Below, in pieces: positions 24,423 through 34,361 of a stretch of 41,172 nucleotides of DNA. Location: sequence record NC_010537.1. One strand, given 5' to 3'. Position numbers and translations under genes: made by a program. Under the pieces are notes generated by a model. It did not search any database. It was not told the DNA's origin and saw only the letters and a program-made list of their open reading frames with translations. Each line of letters begins with the position of its first letter. Within the stretch, counting starts at the first letter, position 1.

Positions 24423-25099
24423 GCCTATGTGAAAGTTGGGTTCAGAACGTATTACCTACGGGGACGGTTTATAAAATAGCTACGGCATATTTCATGTATA
24501 ATAGTACTGTAGTAGGACAAGGTAGTGTAACAGTATCAATCAGTTATGATAAAGCTAGTGCAATGTTTATATTAACTCTTACCATTACGGATAATTCTAC
24601 AAATACTTATACTTATAATGCAATACTGGTGAAAGACAGTAACGGAAATAATGTAGTATTATTCCAATATTCACAAGCCTACAATAAAGGAACGGGTTCA
24701 TTAACTGTCACTGAATATATTTACATAAACGACGTCCCACCTATAACGGAAATCACAAGTCAATTTACGGCAAGCGGTGATTGGTCTGAGATAATCGCCA
24801 ACGCACTTGTAAACGGAGGGGCTGTATATATGCCCAACTCGGTTTTCGTATTCGATGATAATTACCAGGCTATTACACAATATAATTTTACTCCAACAAC
24901 AAGTATACAAGGGACTTCGTATATTGAGCAGGAACAAATATCGTGTACACCTTGCAGTTCAATATCCGGACTATACGTTGTTTTAGCGTATTATGACCAG
25001 ACATCCGGTACATTTATATGGGTGAATTACCAATATATAGCATCATCATTTTCAGTAATGAATATAATATGGAGTTTATCTATTAATCCTAATTGTTAG
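24419..25099 (+). CDS. Beta-rich putative virion/terminal-structure protein, 226 aa
   Basis: ATGA overlap start at 24419; T/S/Y/N-rich. Confidence 0.75.
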   Translation: MSLCESWVQNVLPTGTVYKIATAYFMYNSTVVGQGSVTVSISYDKASAMFILTLTITDNSTNTYTYNAILVKDSNGNNVVLFQYSQAYNKGTGSLTVTEYIYINDVPPITEITSQFTASGDWSEIIANALVNGGAVYMPNSVFVFDDNYQAITQYNFTPTTSIQGTSYIEQEQISCTPCSSISGLYVVLAYYDQTSGTFIWVNYQYIASSFSVMNIIWSLSINPNC

Positions 25100-25107
25100 G
25101 TGAGATT

Positions 25108-25539
25108 ATGAGCTATTATTATGAGGAAGAAACGGTAGACGTTCTTGATATTTTTAAATTACTGAATACAATCCAATATAAAAACCCTGCACAATTCAGA
25201 CAGCTTTACATTAATACGGTATACCAGTTCCTATACGATGTTTCACTGTACTTACCTTATTTCCCGCCCGGTAATTATACATTATTTGAAACTGACAACT
25301 TCTCATTATACATATCAAATAATACAATAAAAGCGACATACAACGGGTTTCAATTAATAGGGTTACTTAATATAGCACAAACAATAGCACAAATATTAAA
25401 CTTCGATTTTGCACTACTCAACTCGTTCTTAAGTGCGGTATACTACAACTTGACTCAGATAGCTAAGCAAATAATACCGCCCGATAACGTTAAAAAGTTT
25501 CTCCAGGACTTGTATAACTTATTGGTAAGCAAAGCATAA
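25108..25539 (+). CDS. Hypothetical protein, 143 aa
   Basis: AGGTGAG RBS before ATG 25108. Confidence 0.75.
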   Translation: MSYYYEEETVDVLDIFKLLNTIQYKNPAQFRQLYINTVYQFLYDVSLYLPYFPPGNYTLFETDNFSLYISNNTIKATYNGFQLIGLLNIAQTIAQILNFDFALLNSFLSAVYYNLTQIAKQIIPPDNVKKFLQDLYNLLVSKA

Positions 25540-25564
25540 ATATTTTGGATACAGTCATTATATC

Positions 25565-25915
25565 ATGCCGTGCGGTAAAATCGAACAAATAAGTGACGGA
25601 ATAACTAAAACGGAACATTACGAAATGGTAGCATACCAAAAAAGTGGGGAAAATGTATTAATAAAAGGTAAATTATTCCTGAGTACGGTACTGAAATTAA
25701 GGGAAATAGTAAAGGACAACTTTAAGGTAGAGTTTTTCATAGGAGAGGACTTAAATAAGCAGAGACTTTTCATCATAAGGGAAACCACTAATTCACTACT
25801 GAGGAAAAATAAGGAAACGGTGAAAATCGAGAACTGTGACTTATATATAACAAGGGTATCTCCTAACGTAGTTACAACACTTATTCAGCTTTTATCAGAT
25901 AACCGGGAGAAATAA
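25565..25915 (+). CDS. Hypothetical protein, 116 aa
   Basis: ATG start, typical composition. Confidence 0.7.
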   Translation: MPCGKIEQISDGITKTEHYEMVAYQKSGENVLIKGKLFLSTVLKLREIVKDNFKVEFFIGEDLNKQRLFIIRETTNSLLRKNKETVKIENCDLYITRVSPNVVTTLIQLLSDNREK

Positions 25916-26429
25916 AATATTTTTTACCGTTTATTATATGGTAAGTCCCGGGTATTATTTTAGCTATAGGCAACAGCTTGGAATGTAAATATATGTCCAC
26001 ATAATAGTTTTTCCATATCTCATTCTTTAGATAATCGTCCATAACGTCCCTAGCGAATTTTAGGAATGATATAGGGATGAATAAATTAGTAGACATGCAG
26101 AATAAGATAACGTCATCACTAGGTTTTGCCCTAGCGGGTATGCAGAAAGTGTAGATACCGTTGGACAGAGAGACCGGAGGTATGTAAACGTCACTATCTA
26201 CTAAAAGTAAGTCATCATTTACACGTGAGAATATTTCCCTAAGCATATACGCAATCCTATACCTCCTATATTCCCAAGTGCATTCCTTTACCCCGGAGTC
26301 CAGATGAATTATGTTGGGATGGTTATTAACTCGTTCAGGGCATAATGTAAATGAATCGTCTACAAAAACCATATCGTAATTCATGAGAGGAAAGTAGCAG
26401 AAATTCCCTCCGAAAGTTACTACTTTCAT
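25881..26429 (-). CDS. Putative minimal GT-A fold glycosyltransferase, 182 aa
   Basis: DDLLLVDSDVYIP (DxD after a hydrophobic strand). Confidence 0.6.
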   Translation of the reverse strand: MKVVTFGGNFCYFPLMNYDMVFVDDSFTLCPERVNNHPNIIHLDSGVKECTWEYRRYRIAYMLREIFSRVNDDLLLVDSDVYIPPVSLSNGIYTFCIPARAKPSDDVILFCMSTNLFIPISFLKFARDVMDDYLKNEIWKNYYVDIYLHSKLLPIAKIIPGTYHIINGKKYFISPGYLIKAE

Positions 26430-27622
26430 GTCTGTGCTTGCACCTCATATTCGAAGTTCATTGTTAAAGTTACCGTTTGACTTAAGGTAGCATCTATATC
26501 TAAAGTGATTACAACCGTGAGGGTTTGTCCGCCGTAATAGTCCTCAAGGTTGAATTCCGCAAAAGTTTGGTTTTCTAATACATTTACTTGTTGTGATGCA
26601 ATTACGACTCCGGGAGATGTTTCAATATCTATAGTGATTGTAAATGTAGTGAAACCGGACGTACAAGGAGATGTTGCACAAGATAGTGAATACGATGGAA
26701 GGAGCTTGAAGTAGCCTACGGGTACTAATAAAGTGTAGGACTTAGATACGGAGCCGTTATAAGGAGTCTGTATTGTGAAAGTGTATTCACTCGGATTTAA
26801 TATGTTATTATAGCCCGTAACTTCAAATAGAATTATATTATCGAGACCGCATGAGGAATTTATGAGTATCAAAGCCAGTTCTTGAGACCATGTGACTTGG
26901 TAGGTATTGTTAGCGGTACCCGTGACTTGGAAAGACGAAATGGATGACTCTCCGGAAAAGAACTCCGTATTAGCACAGAACGTCCCATTTGAAGCGACGA
27001 TACACGCACTATAAGAAGTTAGGCCCGATGAACCTCCGGAAATAGACCAGAAAGCGAGGTAATCCGAGGTAGTAATATCTAAAGTAATAGAATAAGTCAA
27101 TGACTGGTTATAGAAGAATAGGGGTTCTATGTAGTAAGTGGGAGGTTGAGAATAGAAATACACATCGGTAACCCAAATTTGGAAATATTCACCAGCCTCG
27201 CAGTTGCCTGCAGAAACGCTCAATTGAATTGTATCAGTACCTTCGGGGACGGGAGCGGTAACAATATAATATTGTACTTGTTCGTTTGATAAATTATAAG
27301 AGAGTGTAAAAGTATAAGAGCCTATACTATCACCGCTTGCGTTAAGGTAATTGAATTCGAATGAAGGACTAAGCGGTGTACATTCCGATTGTATAGCACC
27401 CATTACCGCAATCCATACATTTTCGGGATTATATATAAGGGAAGAATAAGGAATAGTAATTGTCATAGTACCGGTTGTTGAAATAGATGAAGGAACAATG
27501 TATAAATATTCACCACAGTTACCGCACGGGTCTCCCGAACTTTGACCGGAACCTCCGGATTCGGAAAATATCCCTAGGTTTATCTGTTGGCAAACGTTAT
27601 ACTGAGCTATAGTTAAGCCCAT
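26426..27622 (-). CDS. Beta-sandwich-rich putative tail/adhesion protein, 398 aa
   Basis: S/T/Y/C-rich, low K; extracellular-type composition; start ATG 27622. Confidence 0.75.
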   Translation of the reverse strand: MGLTIAQYNVCQQINLGIFSESGGSGQSSGDPCGNCGEYLYIVPSSISTTGTMTITIPYSSLIYNPENVWIAVMGAIQSECTPLSPSFEFNYLNASGDSIGSYTFTLSYNLSNEQVQYYIVTAPVPEGTDTIQLSVSAGNCEAGEYFQIWVTDVYFYSQPPTYYIEPLFFYNQSLTYSITLDITTSDYLAFWSISGGSSGLTSYSACIVASNGTFCANTEFFSGESSISSFQVTGTANNTYQVTWSQELALILINSSCGLDNIILFEVTGYNNILNPSEYTFTIQTPYNGSVSKSYTLLVPVGYFKLLPSYSLSCATSPCTSGFTTFTITIDIETSPGVVIASQQVNVLENQTFAEFNLEDYYGGQTLTVVITLDIDATLSQTVTLTMNFEYEVQAQT

Positions 27623-27656
27623 AATAAATATTAACAAGGCTGAAGTATTTTAAAAT

Positions 27657-28076
27657 ATGGGTTTTATAAGGCACGACCCTAAAGGACTTATTTGGCAAAG
27701 TGACGGAGAATTTGCACTAAAAGCACCGGAAGACTTCTTCATAATAAACGTAGCAAAGGGATTTTACAACCCTAAGGCGAAAATCTGGATACCGTATGAC
27801 GATAACGTACCTATAGATATAAACGACTTATTGAAAGTAGCGGAAATAACCAGAAATAATTTTGAGAACGGTAAAAAGACGTTAATACATTGTGTAGCAG
27901 GGGTGCATAGAAGCGTAACGTTTACCCTAGCATCAATTATGTATATATATCATATAAATATTAGAGAAGCAATGAAAATGTTATGTGAGCCGTGCATTGA
28001 TTTTGACATTTATGTACACGAGATACCACACCATTTTAATTCATTACAAGCGTTTTATATTGCATACGTAAAATGA
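27657..28076 (+). CDS. Dual-specificity/tyrosine protein phosphatase, 139 aa
   Basis: P-loop LIHCVAGVHRS; IPYDD general-acid loop. Confidence 0.92.
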   Translation: MGFIRHDPKGLIWQSDGEFALKAPEDFFIINVAKGFYNPKAKIWIPYDDNVPIDINDLLKVAEITRNNFENGKKTLIHCVAGVHRSVTFTLASIMYIYHINIREAMKMLCEPCIDFDIYVHEIPHHFNSLQAFYIAYVK

Positions 28077-28124
28077 CCGTATAAACCAGATAAATTTTTA
28101 GTAAACTTATGCATTGTATAATAT

Positions 28125-28412
28125 ATGATAACAATAGAAGAACTGATAAATGCGTTAAAAAAAATATTCAAGGCTGTCCCACCTTCCAGTGTAGACATTG
28201 CGATAACTGATATCCGTAACTACGAATATACATGTTATATTGAAGGCGAAAAGAAACCACGTATTGTGTATGAAGTCCATTTTATTGCGGTAATATTTTC
28301 AAAGATGACGGATGGGACGTGGCAGGGTGCGAAATTAGGGGACTTTGAGGCTACAGTAACCGAATACGAAGACGGAGACATTGACGTTAAATTAGAAAAA
28401 ACAAGTGGATAG
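28125..28412 (+). CDS. Hypothetical protein, 95 aa
   Basis: ATG start, typical composition. Confidence 0.7.
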   Translation: MITIEELINALKKIFKAVPPSSVDIAITDIRNYEYTCYIEGEKKPRIVYEVHFIAVIFSKMTDGTWQGAKLGDFEATVTEYEDGDIDVKLEKTSG

Positions 28413-28413
28413 T

Positions 28414-31400
28414 TTACCATATCCTCGGAGACCACCTTATAAATGACCAATTTCCGTATTGACCGCTACTCGAACCGGCAATGACCATATAGTAAGTACC
28501 GGAGGAAGGAGGAGAGAAGTAACTTGAAATATCTACACTACCACTAGCTATTTCATTATTATAATCATCATAAAAAGTGAAATATACGTAACCACTAGAT
28601 GGATCATATGTTATAATCAGAATATACCCTTTACCCGTTACGAAATTCTGACCTTCAAAACTGCCCGACCCTGTATGACAAACCGCATATGATACACTGT
28701 TATTATTTACGACAACGACGTTGAAACAAGCCCCACTTCCCTCATTTTGACCGCATGTAGCACAACAATACGGATCAAATTGGACATAGAAATACGTACC
28801 TGACGTAGTAGGCATCACGACATCTCCTTGACACGGACATCCCGTATAGTTATATACATCAAACAACGATGAAGTATTGGGAGATTCCAGAAATAACGCA
28901 ACGGTTACTCCGTCTGCGGGACAGCTAGATACTGACGTTGCAGAAACTATAATGGATACAGTAATTATATCACCTTGAGTATAACTAAACGGTATAACAG
29001 TACCTCCGTATTGACCTTGGGAAGCAGTAATCAGTTGCATATATTGTGTATCATTACAAGAATCCCATCCCGAAGAATAATATGTTGCATCACCGTAGTT
29101 AGAATACGAAGGTAATTCGGAAATATTCGATGATGATTCCCCGACAGCAGAACAATAAGAATGATCATCGGCTATATCATACCTTACCCTTGCATAATGA
29201 AAAACGATATCTAGGTCTCCATTTAAACTACTAAACGCCGTACCTATATACATATAAACGTCTCCTGATGGTACACATTCATTTGAACATGATGATGAAC
29301 AACTATTATAAGTCAAATCACCCATAGTATTTGCTCCGCCTGATCCCAATTCCAGCGGTACATAATCTATATACCATCCGTTTTCAATACCGGGGTTGTA
29401 TACTACTCCTAACACTCTATGAGAAAACGGGAAATTTATACCCGTTTGTATATAATAGGTACATGATGGATTACATGCACCGTTATTATACCCCGATTCC
29501 ATCATCCACCAAGGATAACAGTTAGAATTTATACTCCAGCTCATAACGGGGACGGAAGGAGAACAACCGGATATAACGGCAGGAGAATCCGGAGAAAAAT
29601 AACAAACACCGGATCCGGATGAAATAGCAGGGGATGCAGTCCTGATATTGGTATTAAACGTTTTTGCCGTCTGGAGGACTTCGAATATCGTACCCGTCCC
29701 GAACGTATTCTTAGTTTGAAGGACATAGTACCCCGTAGATCCACTTGATGCAGTTATTTCTAAATCATTATCAACAGTAACAGAGACCGAACCACTTTCG
29801 TATACATACCAGTTATCAGTATTTACCGATGTTCCACAGAAATTATCGTAGAATATGAAGACCTTATCACCATTATCATAATCACACCCTGCTATCTCCT
29901 TATATGCCCCGGCAACTCCATCATATACATAGTCAGACTCACCGTACCATACATCAATAGTTAATGACCCACCTGAAGATATAGAAGTAGGTAATACTAT
30001 AAATACCCAAGCATAACCATCGTCAATGTATTCTACCCAAGAATATAATTCCTGACCGTTATATGAAAACCTAATATTAGAATAAGTCGAATTGGCATTA
30101 GGGACGTTAATATATAACGGAACTTCATAACCCGATTCCCAAGTAATTGATGAATAATTGTATATAGTTAATTGATAAGAATTATTATAGCATTGACCTA
30201 TTGCGTCACTAAATGCACACGGAACAAATTGCAAATCAATAACTTCCTCAGTCTGAGATGACAATTCCGATACCTGAGTAGGACTAACCTGTTGCATAAA
30301 ATAAGAGACTTGATAAACTTGAGTCTGTGAGGTCTCTTCCGATATCTGAGTAGGAGATACTGTCTCGGAAATAGAAACAACTTGAGAAGTCTCACTTTTT
30401 GACGTTTCTTCCGATATTTGAGTAGGAGTAACTTTCTCAGAGAAATAGGAAACTTGATAAACTTGAGTCTGTGACGTTAAAACACTCTCGACCACCTCCT
30501 TAACAGTCTGATAAATCAGAGAATCAAGGAATTCCTGAGTAGAACTCGTGACCTCAGGGACTAAAACCTTCTTAACAGTCTCAAATACTTGACTAATAAG
30601 TATATCCTCACTGACCGAAGTAGGTTCAGATTTAAGGACTTCGGTAACAATTTGAAATACTAATACATCAATAACACTCCTAATAGCATTAGTATATTCA
30701 GCCAATTTTTCAGGGACTACAGTCCTAATAATATCAAGAGTAGTAATAAGTTGAGTAACCGAAGTGGGAACTGATTGGTAAAAAGTAATAGGTTTAGTGA
30801 ACTTAACTTGCAAAACCCGTTGAGATAATGACGTTACCTCACTCTCGGTAACAAGTTTAATAGGAGGCTGGAAATATCCCAATACCGAAACGGAAGTAGC
30901 GGTAACACTTTCAACGAAAGTCTGTTTTACTACAGGATAAGTAAAATAAACTGATTGTAAACTCCTAGTAGCCGTAATACTCTCTATTTCTTTAATTAAA
31001 GTAATAGGATAAATAAACGATACTTCAAGGACGGGCAAAGTAGCGGTAACAAGGTAAGAGAGGACGAAAGATACTCCTTCTTCAACGCTTTCGGTCTCCG
31101 TAGTATGAGAAGGAGCCTCCTCAAGAGATAATTGGTCTTGAGGTACAACGTATTCACTCTGAGGTACTTGTTCAACGGTACCTATAGGAGTTTCCTCATA
31201 ATTATAAACGGCATCGGTAGGGTCTACGATTTCTATACCGAGCATGTAGTAGCAAGTACACCCGGGGCAAACATTAGGACACGGCTCGGAAACCACTAAA
31301 ACTTGAGTAGTCTGAGAAGGAGGAGGAGTAACAGTGGTCGTAGGATATGTAGTATAAGAAGGGTAGGTAATAGGAGTAGGAGTGGGATAAGTAGTATATG

Positions 31401-31926
31401 TAGGAGGAGGAGGGGAAACGTAAAGAGAAGTTGAAGTAGTAGTAGGAGGGACTACGGACGGAAAAACTACAACCCCACCCTCATTAACAAACCACAGTTC
31501 TTCACTTGCCGTAACACCCGGAGGTACGCAGAAACCCGTAGGAGAAGAACAAGGTTGTCCTATATCATTAACTTGAACGTTCTCATAATACGTGTACTTC
31601 TTCACGGGATATTTACCTACATTAAGAACGTCACCGACACTCACCTTTTCAGTCAGCTTCTCCTCTTCCTTATGAGCAACGAATATCTGCAATTGGTCGA
31701 ATACGGGTATAACCTCAGTATTTATACTATTAACAGCCTTAGAAATAAGGATTGTGACATGGTCTTTAGCCTCTGCAATATAATGAGCTAAAGCACACTG
31801 AATACAGCACTCATAAAACGCTTGAAAATCGGGCTGGTTAAGGCATTGGTACATACACTCAACGTCACTGCATTCCCAATTGGGAGTAGGGACACAGTTA
31901 TTGTTAGGGAATTCTCCACAAGACAT
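28414..31926 (-). CDS. Large terminal-fibre/adhesin protein, 1170 aa: Cys-rich N-terminus, P/T linker, 24-aa repeat stalk, DUF2341-like domain, ConA/legume-lectin-like C-terminal domains
   Basis: YQLTI...IRF...LYSWVE...VFIFYDNF (DUF2341-like); ADGVTVALF...YVQFDPY (L-lectin-like). Confidence 0.8.
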   Translation of the reverse strand: MSCGEFPNNNCVPTPNWECSDVECMYQCLNQPDFQAFYECCIQCALAHYIAEAKDHVTILISKAVNSINTEVIPVFDQLQIFVAHKEEEKLTEKVSVGDVLNVGKYPVKKYTYYENVQVNDIGQPCSSPTGFCVPPGVTASEELWFVNEGGVVVFPSVVPPTTTSTSLYVSPPPPTYTTYPTPTPITYPSYTTYPTTTVTPPPSQTTQVLVVSEPCPNVCPGCTCYYMLGIEIVDPTDAVYNYEETPIGTVEQVPQSEYVVPQDQLSLEEAPSHTTETESVEEGVSFVLSYLVTATLPVLEVSFIYPITLIKEIESITATRSLQSVYFTYPVVKQTFVESVTATSVSVLGYFQPPIKLVTESEVTSLSQRVLQVKFTKPITFYQSVPTSVTQLITTLDIIRTVVPEKLAEYTNAIRSVIDVLVFQIVTEVLKSEPTSVSEDILISQVFETVKKVLVPEVTSSTQEFLDSLIYQTVKEVVESVLTSQTQVYQVSYFSEKVTPTQISEETSKSETSQVVSISETVSPTQISEETSQTQVYQVSYFMQQVSPTQVSELSSQTEEVIDLQFVPCAFSDAIGQCYNNSYQLTIYNYSSITWESGYEVPLYINVPNANSTYSNIRFSYNGQELYSWVEYIDDGYAWVFIVLPTSISSGGSLTIDVWYGESDYVYDGVAGAYKEIAGCDYDNGDKVFIFYDNFCGTSVNTDNWYVYESGSVSVTVDNDLEITASSGSTGYYVLQTKNTFGTGTIFEVLQTAKTFNTNIRTASPAISSGSGVCYFSPDSPAVISGCSPSVPVMSWSINSNCYPWWMMESGYNNGACNPSCTYYIQTGINFPFSHRVLGVVYNPGIENGWYIDYVPLELGSGGANTMGDLTYNSCSSSCSNECVPSGDVYMYIGTAFSSLNGDLDIVFHYARVRYDIADDHSYCSAVGESSSNISELPSYSNYGDATYYSSGWDSCNDTQYMQLITASQGQYGGTVIPFSYTQGDIITVSIIVSATSVSSCPADGVTVALFLESPNTSSLFDVYNYTGCPCQGDVVMPTTSGTYFYVQFDPYCCATCGQNEGSGACFNVVVVNNNSVSYAVCHTGSGSFEGQNFVTGKGYILIITYDPSSGYVYFTFYDDYNNEIASGSVDISSYFSPPSSGTYYMVIAGSSSGQYGNWSFIRWSPRIW
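30229..31017 (-). repeat. Eleven tandem 23-24-aa repeats within the fibre gene
   Basis: 72-bp period; exact 23-bp DNA repeat at 30308-30330 and 30452-30474. Confidence 0.8.
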
Positions 31927-31952
31927 AATATAATAAAGGAAAAAAGTAATTT

Positions 31953-32834
31953 ATGAGTTTATACATAAGGAACATTATAGGTAACGGTTGCCAATCCGTA
32001 ATTCTGAACTTCAACCTTACGGGGACTTTTACGGTATCAACAAAAGTCATAAAACCACCATCAATATTATCTCCTTGGAACGTGTCGATTTTTTATGACA
32101 ACATATTTTGGGCATCCTATAACGTTGATACCGCAAACAGTGATGATATATATAATTTTAACGAAATTAAAGTACAAAATTTAAATTATATTGAAATATA
32201 CTTTTGCAACTCCGGGGGTTACCAATTAACAAGTGACGAGATACAGCTACAGATTACAGTAACAAACAACAGTACGGGAGATGTAATATATGATGACACG
32301 ATAACAATAGAAATAAACGTAGACCCGATAGAACCGGTACCTGTATTCGTCCCCATATCGGTAAATACGAGAACGGAAGAAGAAACGGTACCGGTACCAG
32401 CAGGAACTAAATTTGAGTTCACACAGAATATAAACATCACCTACACTCCCGTAACCCTATATTTCCTAATGTCCACCCCCAATACCTTCCTATTTAAATT
32501 ATACTTCGAAATATGCGGTCAAACATACGAAGTGGAAAACCCATCAATAATCTACCCCGGGGGATGTATAGCGGAAAAAAACCAATATGTATGTACAAAA
32601 TGCGACTCAAACGGGTTCTGTTACCAATTAATATACCCATTCACAAGCATACCTATATATAATGCAAAAGGACAGATTGTAGGATATCAAACAATAACGT
32701 TAAACACTTATTACATAAGGTTCTCAATAACGATATCATCACCTTGCTCCGGAGTTATAAAATGGGTATTAGAACCTATTCTTGTAACGGGAAGTGGAGG
32801 CACGGCGGTAATGAATGTAACGTTTTCGGAATGA
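31953..32834 (+). CDS. Beta-rich putative virion protein, 293 aa
   Basis: I/T/N/Y/C-rich composition. Confidence 0.8.
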   Translation: MSLYIRNIIGNGCQSVILNFNLTGTFTVSTKVIKPPSILSPWNVSIFYDNIFWASYNVDTANSDDIYNFNEIKVQNLNYIEIYFCNSGGYQLTSDEIQLQITVTNNSTGDVIYDDTITIEINVDPIEPVPVFVPISVNTRTEEETVPVPAGTKFEFTQNINITYTPVTLYFLMSTPNTFLFKLYFEICGQTYEVENPSIIYPGGCIAEKNQYVCTKCDSNGFCYQLIYPFTSIPIYNAKGQIVGYQTITLNTYYIRFSITISSPCSGVIKWVLEPILVTGSGGTAVMNVTFSE

Positions 32835-32871
32835 GTAAAATAAATATAACGGAAAATAGAACATTGAAAAT

Positions 32872-33366
32872 ATGAAACTAAAACAACCTATTATTGTTGA
32901 AGGCATAGTGACAATTAGGATAAAACATATTGATACGGGAAAAGTGGAAGAGTATGTAACCACGAATATAATGACCAATGCGGGATTGAATGAAATAGCC
33001 TCTCATTGGGCTACTCCTTGGTCAATGCCACAAAATTATAGTTACGTAATGGAAGTAGGTAGTGGAACCGGTACACCCCAACCCACAGACACGGGAATGT
33101 TCCAACCTATTTACCCTTGTTTTGAATATGTGTCACCCACAGTTTCCGGAAACCAAGTATCATTCATAGCTACTTATCTACCCAGCCAATGCAACGGATA
33201 TACGTTTCAAGAAGCGGGTATAGCTTTCCCCGCACAATTACAGGAAAGTAACGGTACAATAACGGGAGTAAGCGGTACACTAGTAGACCACTTAGTATTC
33301 CCGATACCGATACAAAAGACGTCCTCAATTTACTTGGAAATAATCATAACATTCGTAATTGTATGA
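32872..33366 (+). CDS. Putative virion terminal/baseplate-like protein, 164 aa
   Basis: TNIMTNAGLNEIA...VGSGTGTPQPTDTGM resembles a motif of phage tail-collar/baseplate proteins. Confidence 0.65.
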   Translation: MKLKQPIIVEGIVTIRIKHIDTGKVEEYVTTNIMTNAGLNEIASHWATPWSMPQNYSYVMEVGSGTGTPQPTDTGMFQPIYPCFEYVSPTVSGNQVSFIATYLPSQCNGYTFQEAGIAFPAQLQESNGTITGVSGTLVDHLVFPIPIQKTSSIYLEIIITFVIV

Positions 33367-33378
33367 GGAGTGAAAAAA

Positions 33379-33573
33379 ATGATATCTTACCAATACGATG
33401 ATAAAAACAAAATACTACATATCAAAATCTACTTACTGATAGAGCAAGTACCAAAAAAACCGACTCAAAATGAATTAAAAAAAGTATTACCAAAAATATT
33501 AAAGGATTATGCGAATATGATAGAAAAAGGTGAAGTTAAGATAATGGATAGCAATGAATGGGGATTATGGTGA
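33379..33573 (+). CDS. Hypothetical protein, 64 aa; paralogue of ORF 1286-1480
   Basis: GAGGAG RBS; clear sequence similarity along the whole length. Confidence 0.85.
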   Translation: MISYQYDDKNKILHIKIYLLIEQVPKKPTQNELKKVLPKILKDYANMIEKGEVKIMDSNEWGLW

Positions 33574-34361
33574 AATCAATATACACTCAATGCCGGAACT
33601 GTAGTTACGAGTGGGTAGTAGACCAGACTATCTATTATATGAAAAAATATCATAATATAGAATTAATGAAATCTTATTTCAGACCGGCACATTTTTACGT
33701 AGGGGACTGTAACACAATATTCCAAGTAGCATATAACGGAATAACTTGGTGTGACACTCCAAGTGACGTTACTGCTAAACCTGCGGATAGCCTAAAGGTA
33801 ATAACGACGTCCATGTGGCTAAAAGAACATATGGAGAAAAAAGGAATTCATGTAGAACAGGTAATCCCAAGAGGAGTAAACGACAAAATGGCACAAAAAC
33901 ACGTGAATTTTGACTTCAACGCTAGGAGAGGATATATCATTATCGCAAAAAACAGACCGTATAAAAGGATAAACGACGTCCTTAAAATGTTTGAAGGCAG
34001 AAGAGCGGAATTAACGTTAATAAGTGACAACCCTAATGCGGACTTTAACTTCTTCTCGTTAAGTGAGGACATGAAATACTACTTATTATCTCACTCATTA
34101 TTTTACATCGCAGTAAGCGATGCAGAGGGGTTTAATATCCCTCCCGTAGAGGCAATGAGCGTTGGGACACCACTTATTTATGTGAGAAAACACGCTTATG
34201 CGGAATACGGATGCGGAATCGAGATAGATTCAATTGAAGACCTAAAGAAGATAGAGATATCTAAAGAAGAATGGGAGGACTTGAGTTGGAAGTGTTGGTT
34301 TAAATCCCTCCGCTATCACTACATAACAATAGGACAGGAATTATGGGGATGGCTCAAGTAG
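33567..34361 (+). CDS. GT-B (GT4-like) glycosyltransferase, 264 aa
   Basis: SDAEGFNIPPVEAMSVG; VIPRGV; N-terminal CRNCSYE. Confidence 0.9.
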   Translation: MVKSIYTQCRNCSYEWVVDQTIYYMKKYHNIELMKSYFRPAHFYVGDCNTIFQVAYNGITWCDTPSDVTAKPADSLKVITTSMWLKEHMEKKGIHVEQVIPRGVNDKMAQKHVNFDFNARRGYIIIAKNRPYKRINDVLKMFEGRRAELTLISDNPNADFNFFSLSEDMKYYLLSHSLFYIAVSDAEGFNIPPVEAMSVGTPLIYVRKHAYAEYGCGIEIDSIEDLKKIEISKEEWEDLSWKCWFKSLRYHYITIGQELWGWLK

